Positions 40,006 to 46,665 of a DNA stretch of 46,665 bases are shown one piece after another; position 1 is the stretch's first letter, and the number at the start of each line of letters is the position of its first letter. The translations under genes were made by a program, and so were the position numbers. Location: the NCBI GenBank assembly GCA_046725875.1, contig JBKOZJ010000042.1, positions 1 to 46,665 on the forward strand, given 5' to 3'. The DNA comes from Actinomycetota bacterium. Lineage in GTDB: Bacteria > Actinomycetota > Actinomycetes > JAKEEW01. The notes beneath the pieces were generated by a model that was not told the DNA's origin, did not search any database, and saw only the letters and a list, made by a program, of their open reading frames with translations.

Positions 40006-41327
40006 CGGGTCGCACTTCCCGCCGGGGACTGGCCGAAGAGGGCGGCGGCGGCCGGATCGAACGGGCAGCCACCCTCCTTGAGGTGGGTGATGTATTCGTC
40101 CCTGAAGTACTGGATGGTCGAGGTGATGGGGGCCACGGCGCCGTCGGCGAGCGCGCAGAACGATCTGCCCAGGATGTTGTCGCAGATGTCAAGGAGCTCG
40201 TCGAGCTCGTCGGGCTGGCCTTCGCCGTGTTCCAGCCGGTCGAGAATCTGCACCATCCAGTAGGTCCCCTCGCGGCAGGGGGTGCACTTGCCGCAAGACT
40301 CGTGAGCGTAGAACTCGGTCCAGCGCAGCGCCGCACGCACGGCGCAAGTGGTCTCGTCGAAAATCTGCAGCGCTCGGGTGCCGAGCATGGAACCCGCCGC
40401 AGCCACCGACTCGAAGTCCAGCGGCACGTCGAGGTGCGCGGCCGTGAGGAGGGGGGTGGAGGAACCGCCGGGGGTCCAGAACTTCAGCTCGTGGCCCGCC
40501 CGGACGCCGCCGGCGAGGTCGAGGAGCTGGCGCAGCGTCACGCCGAGCGGCGCCTCATACTGTCCCGGCCTGGTCACGTGGCCGGACAGCGAGAAGAAGC
40601 CGTAGCCGGTTGATTTGTCCGTGCCCAGCCCGGCGAACCAACCGGCACCGTTGGCGATGATCGACGGCACGCTGGCGATCGACTCGACGTTGTTCACCAC
40701 GGTCGGGGCGGCATAGAGCCCGGCGACGGCCGGGAACGGGGGCCGCAACCGCGGCTGGCCGCGTCGACCCTCGAGCGAGTCGAGCATCGCCGTCTCCTCG
40801 CCGCAGATGTACGCCCCGGCGCCGGAGTGTACGACAAGCTCGAGGTCGTAGCCGCTGCCGAGAATGTTGCGACCCAGGTAACCCGCCTCGTAGGCCTCTT
40901 GTACCGCATGCCGCAGCCGCCGGACGACGTGCAGGACTTCGCCACGTACATAGATAAATGCGTGGCTCGCGCGGATCGCGTAGGAGGCGATGATGGCGCC
41001 CTCGATGAGCACGTGCGGGTCGGCCAGCATCAGCGGAACGTCCTTGCAGGTCCCCGGCTCAGACTCGTCGGCGTTGACGACGAGGTAGTGCGGTTTGCCG
41101 TCGCCCTTTGGGATAAACCCCCACTTCATGCCGGTCGCGAAGCCCGCGCCGCCACGGCCGCGCAGAATCGAGTCTTTGACGGCCTGGATCACGGCGTCCG
41201 GGTGCATGCCGAACGCTGCGGGGAGTGCCTCGTAGCCGCCGTGACGTTTGTACGCGGCAAGGGTAAAGCTGTCCGCTTCGTCCCAGTGCGCTGACAGTAC
41301 GGGAGTCAGCAGGGCGGTTTCACTCAC
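40002..41327 (-). CDS. nuoF: NADH-quinone oxidoreductase subunit F
   Basis: [41 protein letters not shown]. Confidence 0.97.
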   Translation of the reverse strand: MSETALLTPVLSAHWDEADSFTLAAYKRHGGYEALPAAFGMHPDAVIQAVKDSILRGRGGAGFATGMKWGFIPKGDGKPHYLVVNADESEPGTCKDVPLMLADPHVLIEGAIIASYAIRASHAFIYVRGEVLHVVRRLRHAVQEAYEAGYLGRNILGSGYDLELVVHSGAGAYICGEETAMLDSLEGRRGQPRLRPPFPAVAGLYAAPTVVNNVESIASVPSIIANGAGWFAGLGTDKSTGYGFFSLSGHVTRPGQYEAPLGVTLRQLLDLAGGVRAGHELKFWTPGGSSTPLLTAAHLDVPLDFESVAAAGSMLGTRALQIFDETTCAVRAALRWTEFYAHESCGKCTPCREGTYWMVQILDRLEHGEGQPDELDELLDICDNILGRSFCALADGAVAPITSTIQYFRDEYITHLKEGGCPFDPAAAALFGQSPAGSATR

Positions 41328-42036
41328 TGGTTCCCCCTTGCTCGCCGGTGCCCTCGGAAGCGTGCTCCTGCCCTCTCTTTCCGGGCTCCGGAGCGGTCCA
41401 GCCGCGCTCCTTGGCGATCTGCAGCCCGACGAGAGTAGCGGGCCCGGCGGTTACCCCCTCGGTCGCCCGGCCGTCCGAGAATCCGGCGAGGACGCGGCTC
41501 GCCTCGCGCCACGTACAAAGGCTGTTCGCACCGCGGGTGGGGGCCGGCGGGTCCCCGGCCCGCAACCGGTCCACGAGTTCCCTTGCCGACTCCGGCGTCT
41601 GGTTGTCAAAGAACTCCCAGTTGACCATCACCACGGGCGCGAAGTCGCAGGCCGCGTTGCACTCGATGTGCTCGAGGGTGACCTTGCCGTCCTCGGTGGT
41701 CTCGTCGTTGCCGACGTCGAGGTGCTCCTTGAGAGCGGCGAAGATGGCGTCACCGCCCATGACCGCACAGAGGGTGTTCGTACACACGCCGACGTGGTAG
41801 TCGCCCACCGGGCGGCGCTTGTACATGGTGTAGAAGGTCACCACGCCGGCGACTTCGGCCGTGGTCAGGCCGAGTATGCGTGCGGCCCACTCGATGCCGT
41901 CCGGGCTGACGTACCCCTCCTCTGACTGCAGGAGGTGCAGCAGCGGCAGCAGGGCCGAGCCGGGCTGCGGGTAGCGCCCGATGATCTCCGCGGCATCCTG
42001 GTTCAGCCGATCCAGCATGTCCTCAGCTAGTGCCAT
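41320..42036 (-). CDS. nuoE: NADH-quinone oxidoreductase subunit E
   Basis: SALLPLLH, TFYTMY, CTNTLC...CNAAC [2Fe-2S]. Start uncertain (42018-42042). Confidence 0.95.
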   Translation of the reverse strand: MALAEDMLDRLNQDAAEIIGRYPQPGSALLPLLHLLQSEEGYVSPDGIEWAARILGLTTAEVAGVVTFYTMYKRRPVGDYHVGVCTNTLCAVMGGDAIFAALKEHLDVGNDETTEDGKVTLEHIECNAACDFAPVVMVNWEFFDNQTPESARELVDRLRAGDPPAPTRGANSLCTWREASRVLAGFSDGRATEGVTAGPATLVGLQIAKERGWTAPEPGKRGQEHASEGTGEQGGTSE

Positions 42037-42111
42037 CAACACCCACCTGTCATCGACTCATGAGAATCGGAACCACGCCCGCCACGCGTACCGAGGGGTG
42101 TCGGGATTGAC

Positions 42112-43452
42112 TCATCGGTCCACCCCACCCATGACCGGGTCGAGCGAGGCGATCGCGGTGATCACATCTGCGACCAGACCGCCCTCGCACATCGCGGCGA
42201 CGGCCTGCAGGTTGGCGAACGACGGGTCGCGGAAGTGTACGCGGTATGGGCGCGTGCCGCCGTCGCTGACCATATGGCAGGCGAGCTCGCCGCGGGGCGA
42301 CTCGACGGCTGTGTAAACCTGCCCGGCCGGCACCCGGAAGCCCTCAGTTACCAGTTTGAAGTGATGGATGAGCGCCTCCATCGACGTGCTCATGATCTTC
42401 CGGATATGGTCCAGCGAGTTCCCCAGGCCATCGCCGCCGAGGGACAGCTGGGCCGGCCAGGCGATCTTCTTGTCCGCGACCATCACGGGACCCGGCTGGA
42501 GCCGGTCGAGGCACTGCTCGACGATCTTGAGTGACTCCTTCATCTCGAGCACTCGGATCAGATACCGGTCGTAGGCATCCGCGCCCGTAAGCGTGATCGT
42601 CTCGAACTCGTACTTCTCGTAGCGGCAGTACGGCTGAGACTTGCGCAGGTCGGATGGCAGGCCGGTGGCCCGCAGGACCGGCCCGGTGACGCCGAGCGCG
42701 ATGCAGCCTGTCAGATCGAGGTAGGCGATGCCCTTGGTCCGGCGCAGCCAGATCGGGTTGGCGTTGAGCAGCTGCTCGTAGTCGCGGAACCGCTTGGCGA
42801 GCAGCTTGATCAGGTCACGGGTCTTGTCGACGGCACCCGGCGGCAGATCCTGGGCGAGCCCGCCGGGGCGGATGTATCCGTGGTTCATCCGCAGGCCGGT
42901 GATCATCTCGAAGACGTCGAGTACGAGCTCCCGCTCCCGGAAGCAGGCCGTCGCGACAGTGGTAGCGCCGATCTCCAGGCCGCCGGTCCCAAGTGCCACC
43001 AGATGCGAGGAGATCCGGTTCAGCTCCATCAGCAGGATCCTGATGACGTTGGCCCGCTCGGGCACCTGGTTCTCGATGCCCAGCAGCCGCTCCACCGCCA
43101 GGCAGTAGGCAACCTCGTTGAAGAACGGCATGAGATAGTCCGCGCGGGTCACGAACGTCACACCCTGGGTGTACGTCCGGTATTCGCAGTTCTTCTCGAT
43201 CCCGGTGTGGAGGTATCCAATCCCACACCTCGCCTCGGTGACGGTCTCTCCATCGAGCTCGAGGATCAGCCGCAGCACGCCATGCGTGGACGGGTGCTGC
43301 GGACCCATATTGACGACGACCCGTTCCTCGCGAGCCTCGCCGAGGTCGCCGACAACCTCGTCCCAATCACGGCCGCTGACTGTGTAGACCCGGCCCTCGG
43401 TCACATCACCGTCGCCGAGCCGAGTCGAGGTTGTCGTGAACGCGTCGGTCAC
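42112..43452 (-). CDS. nuoD: NADH-quinone oxidoreductase subunit D
   Basis: [43 protein letters not shown]. Confidence 0.97.
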   Translation of the reverse strand: MTDAFTTTSTRLGDGDVTEGRVYTVSGRDWDEVVGDLGEAREERVVVNMGPQHPSTHGVLRLILELDGETVTEARCGIGYLHTGIEKNCEYRTYTQGVTFVTRADYLMPFFNEVAYCLAVERLLGIENQVPERANVIRILLMELNRISSHLVALGTGGLEIGATTVATACFRERELVLDVFEMITGLRMNHGYIRPGGLAQDLPPGAVDKTRDLIKLLAKRFRDYEQLLNANPIWLRRTKGIAYLDLTGCIALGVTGPVLRATGLPSDLRKSQPYCRYEKYEFETITLTGADAYDRYLIRVLEMKESLKIVEQCLDRLQPGPVMVADKKIAWPAQLSLGGDGLGNSLDHIRKIMSTSMEALIHHFKLVTEGFRVPAGQVYTAVESPRGELACHMVSDGGTRPYRVHFRDPSFANLQAVAAMCEGGLVADVITAIASLDPVMGGVDR

Positions 43453-44132
43453 GAGTAGGCACGCCTCTCGTCGGGGGGCGGGATTTGGGCGCCCTTGTAT
43501 TCCACGGGGATGCCGCCGAGCGGGTAGTCCTTCCGCTGTGGATAGCCCACCCAGTCGTCCGGCATCTCGATTCGGGTCAGTGCCGGGTGACCGTCGAAGA
43601 CGATGCCGAAGAAGTCGTAAGTCTCTCGTTCGTGCCAGTCGAGCGTGGGATAAACGGACACGAGCGAGGGGATGTGCGGGTCGCCATCCGGTGCGGTGAC
43701 CTCGAGCCGGAGCATCCGGTTGTGGGTGATCGAGCGGAGGTGGTAGACCGCGTGCAGTTCGCGGCTCGACTCGTCGGGGTAGTGCACCCCGGACACACCG
43801 GAGCAGAACTCGAAACGCAATGGAGGCTCGTCGCGGAGGCGCCGGGCAACCTCGCGGAGGCGACCCCTCCGTACGAAAAAAGTCATCTCGCCACGATCGA
43901 CGACCACCTTCTCGATCGCGTCGTCCCAGCCGACCTCGCCATCGCCCAAGACCGCGTGGAGCTCGTCCGCCACCTCGTCGAAGTAGCCTCCGTACGGCCT
44001 GGGAGACGCGCCGGGTGTATCGACGCGGCGGACCAGCCGCCCGTAGCCCGAGGTGTCGCCCGTGCCGTCGACGCCGAACATGCCGCGCCGTGCGGGCACG
44101 TCACCTGGCAGGAAGCTCTCGTCGACAGTCAC
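43449..44132 (-). CDS. nuoC: NADH-quinone oxidoreductase subunit C
   Basis: GTG start VTVDES (GTGA overlap). [41 protein letters not shown]. Confidence 0.95.
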   Translation of the reverse strand: MTVDESFLPGDVPARRGMFGVDGTGDTSGYGRLVRRVDTPGASPRPYGGYFDEVADELHAVLGDGEVGWDDAIEKVVVDRGEMTFFVRRGRLREVARRLRDEPPLRFEFCSGVSGVHYPDESSRELHAVYHLRSITHNRMLRLEVTAPDGDPHIPSLVSVYPTLDWHERETYDFFGIVFDGHPALTRIEMPDDWVGYPQRKDYPLGGIPVEYKGAQIPPPDERRAYS

Positions 44133-44683
44133 CGCAGCAGGCCTTTCATCTGCGAGGTTGGCGTCGCGGCGAGTGCGGCCGCCTCGGCCTCCTTGGCAGC
44201 CCGCGCCCGGTCCACACCGAGGGGCATGTGCTCGATCTTGTCGTGCAGCTTGAGGATCGCGTACATCAGCATCTCGGGGCGCGGCGGGCAGCCGGGGAGG
44301 TAGATGTCCACCGGCACCACATGGTCGACGCCCTGCAGGATCGCGTAGTTGTTGAACATCCCGCCGGACGACGCACACACGCCCATCGAGAGCACCCACT
44401 TGGGCTCGGGCATCTGGTCGTAGATCTGCCGGAGCACCGGGGCCATCTTCTGACTGACCCGGCCGGCCACGATCATCAGGTCGGCCTGCCGCGGCGACGC
44501 ACGGAACGCCTCCATACCGAACCGAGCCAAGTCGTACCGGCCGGCACCGGTGGCGATCATCTCGATGGCGCAGCACGCCAGGCCGAACGTCGCCGGCCAG
44601 AGGGAGTTCTTCCGTATCAGGCCGGCGAGCTTCTCGACCGTGGAGAGCAGGATGCCGCTCGGGACCTTTTCCTCGATGCCCAT
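44129..44683 (-). CDS. nuoB: NADH-quinone oxidoreductase subunit B
   Basis: Start [41 protein letters not shown]. Confidence 0.97.
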   Translation of the reverse strand: MGIEEKVPSGILLSTVEKLAGLIRKNSLWPATFGLACCAIEMIATGAGRYDLARFGMEAFRASPRQADLMIVAGRVSQKMAPVLRQIYDQMPEPKWVLSMGVCASSGGMFNNYAILQGVDHVVPVDIYLPGCPPRPEMLMYAILKLHDKIEHMPLGVDRARAAKEAEAAALAATPTSQMKGLLR

Positions 44684-44687
44684 GCGC

Positions 44688-45056
44688 TCAGTCCCACTCG
44701 AGCCCGCCCCGCCGCCAGACGTACACATAGGCGACGAAGACGGTGACGATGAACAGGGCCATCTCGATCAACCCGAAGATGGGCGGATCGAGCTGCTTGA
44801 ACGTGACGGCCCACGGATACAGGAAGACGATCTCCACGTCGAAGACGATGAAGAGCATGGCGGTCAGGTAGTACTTGACCGGAAAGCGGCCACCCCCCGC
44901 CGGTTGCGGCGTGGGTTCGATGCCGCACTCGTAGGCGTCGAGCTTCGCCCGGTTGTAGCGCTTGGGTCCACCGGCTAGGGCGCCGGCGAAGAGGGAGAAA
45001 ACAGCGAACCCGGCGGCGATGGCGCCGAGCACGATTATCGGCAGGTACGGATTCAC
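44688..45056 (-). CDS. nuoA: NADH-quinone oxidoreductase subunit A
   Basis: [43 protein letters not shown]. Confidence 0.96.
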   Translation of the reverse strand: MNPYLPIIVLGAIAAGFAVFSLFAGALAGGPKRYNRAKLDAYECGIEPTPQPAGGGRFPVKYYLTAMLFIVFDVEIVFLYPWAVTFKQLDPPIFGLIEMALFIVTVFVAYVYVWRRGGLEWD

Positions 45057-45172
45057 GCCGGACTCCTCACTCGGTTCATGCGGCGCCGGTAGGAGGAGGC
45101 CTGCTGCCAGGAAGCAACTGCCTGCATCGGCGCAACGGGCTGCCTGGGCATCTTAGTGTTTCCCTTCACGGG

Positions 45173-46537
45173 TCAGGCCGCGGGAGCGAGCCTGGACATC
45201 GCGTTGATGAGGCGGTCCATCGCGTCGCCGTCGCGCGGGTCGGTGAGGTTCGCAAGCAGCTTCAGCGTGAGCCGCATGAGTACGGGATGCGGCAGCGCGT
45301 GCTTCGTGGCGAACTTCATCAGCTGGGGGTTGCCGATTGCCTTCACGAAGAGACGGCCGAGCGTGTAGTAGCCGCCGTACCGCTCCTTCAGCACTCCCGG
45401 GTAGCTCTCGAGGACACGCTCGCGGTCGGTCGCCGACTGCCGCACCAGGCTCTGCAGGATCATGTCTGCGGCCAGTTCGGCGGACTCCATCGCGTACGCG
45501 ATGCCCTCGCCATTGAACGGGTTCACCATCCCGCCGGCATCGCCCACCAACAGCAGCCCGCGGGTGTAGTGCGGCTGTCGGTTGAAGCCCATCGGCAATG
45601 CGGCGCCGCGGATCGGCTGGGCTCGGTTCTCCTCGGTGAAGCCCCACTCTGGGGGGAGACCGCCGAGCCAGGTTCTCAACAGCTCCTTGTAATCGATGTT
45701 CTGGAATGCCTTGCTCGTGTTGAGCAGGCCGAGGCCGACGTTCGAAGTGCCGTCGCCCATGCCGAAGACCCAGCCATAGCCGGGCAGCAGCCGATGCTCG
45801 CCGGTGCGCCGGTCCCATAGCTCGAGCCAGGACTCCAGCCAGTCGTCGTCGTGGCGGGGCGTCCGGTAGTAGGTCCGGACCGCCACCCCCATCGGCCGGT
45901 CATCCCGCTTGCGCAGACCCATCGCAAGGGACAGCCGGGTGGAGTTGCCGTCCGCAGCGACGACGAGCGGGGCGCGGAACTCCAGAGGCTCACCGGGTGC
46001 CTCGCCGCCCGCCTTACGCCGACCGTTCTCGCCCGCGGCCTCCCCGGCGGTGGGATCGGTGGCTTGCCGGGCTCGGACACCCACGATTCGTCTGGTCCGC
46101 TCGTCCACAATGGGCCCGGTCACGTTGATGGATTCGCGAAGCTGGGCGCCGGCTTTCACCGCCTGCTTGGCCAGAATGTCGTCGAAGTCGGTTCGCTGCC
46201 TGACCAGCCCGTAGTCCGGGTACGCGGCGAGCTCCGGCCAACGCAGCTCGAGGCGCATGCCACCGCCGATGATCCGCAATCCTTGGTTGCGCAGCCAGCC
46301 GGCTTCCGGGCTGACGTCGATGCCCATCTTGACCAGCGTCTTGACCGCCCGCGGCGTCAGACCGTCGCCGCACACCTTTTCCCTTGGGAACGCGGACTTC
46401 TCGAGAAGCAACACGCTGAGGCCCGCCTGGGCCAGGTAATACGCCGTGGTCGAGCCAGCCGGACCAGCCCCGACGACGATCACATCGGCGTCGTCTTGCC
46501 GGTCGGCTGTCCTTGTCTCGGTCACGCGCAGTCGCAT
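45173..46537 (-). CDS. Geranylgeranyl reductase family FAD oxidoreductase, probably menaquinone side-chain reductase (MenJ-like)
   Basis: VVGAGPAG, FPREKVCGDGLTPRA, GYGWVF, GDAGGMVNPFNGEGIAYAMESA. Context with the polyprenyl synthase. Start may be GTG 46525. Confidence 0.88.
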   Translation of the reverse strand: MRLRVTETRTADRQDDADVIVVGAGPAGSTTAYYLAQAGLSVLLLEKSAFPREKVCGDGLTPRAVKTLVKMGIDVSPEAGWLRNQGLRIIGGGMRLELRWPELAAYPDYGLVRQRTDFDDILAKQAVKAGAQLRESINVTGPIVDERTRRIVGVRARQATDPTAGEAAGENGRRKAGGEAPGEPLEFRAPLVVAADGNSTRLSLAMGLRKRDDRPMGVAVRTYYRTPRHDDDWLESWLELWDRRTGEHRLLPGYGWVFGMGDGTSNVGLGLLNTSKAFQNIDYKELLRTWLGGLPPEWGFTEENRAQPIRGAALPMGFNRQPHYTRGLLLVGDAGGMVNPFNGEGIAYAMESAELAADMILQSLVRQSATDRERVLESYPGVLKERYGGYYTLGRLFVKAIGNPQLMKFATKHALPHPVLMRLTLKLLANLTDPRDGDAMDRLINAMSRLAPAA

Positions 46538-46582
46538 CCCAACATCTGCAGGGTGGTGCCGCTGTTTCTTAGGAAGGCGCGC

Positions 46583-46620
46583 TTGTGAAAGCCTTCACGA
46601 GCGCACCAGCGGTCAGTTTA
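46583..46620 (-). promoter_or_regulatory. Rex operator downstream of a TAAACT -10 element
   Basis: TTGTGAA-AGCC-TTCACGA (46583-46600), 13/14 match to TTGTGAA-N4-TTCACAA. Minus-strand TAAACT at 46620-46615. Confidence 0.85.
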
Positions 46621-46665
46621 CGCACTACCGAACAGATCGCCCGCACAGCCCCCAGTGATGTCCCG

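Overview
High-GC, gene-dense actinobacterial chromosomal segment centred on respiration. From right to left: a MenJ-like geranylgeranyl reductase preceded by a near-consensus Rex operator, a complete 14-gene nuoA-N (complex I) operon and a polyprenyl diphosphate synthase. Next comes an accessory block (murA with a structured leader, NUDIX hydrolase, SigG-like ECF sigma factor plus STAS partner, HTH regulator, two MFS pumps). Then korAB (2-oxoacid:ferredoxin oxidoreductase) lies downstream of a two-kinase/one-regulator system that is divergent from a second nuo operon (A,B,C,H,I,J,K,L,M,N; no D,E,F,G). The left end holds htpX, a PLP decarboxylase, yajQ, tRNA-Tyr, probable integrase arm-type repeats and the 3' end of an IS6-family element. 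The strongest leads are: (1) the second complex I lacking the NADH module and NuoD, next to korAB; (2) two matching outward-facing ECF-type promoters GCGATGAGTTC-N14-GTCTACC that suggest a local ECF regulon; (3) a murA leader hairpin with an alternative fold. All calls are from manual motif reading. No searches were run, and comparisons with Streptomyces/Mycobacterium are recalled from memory.
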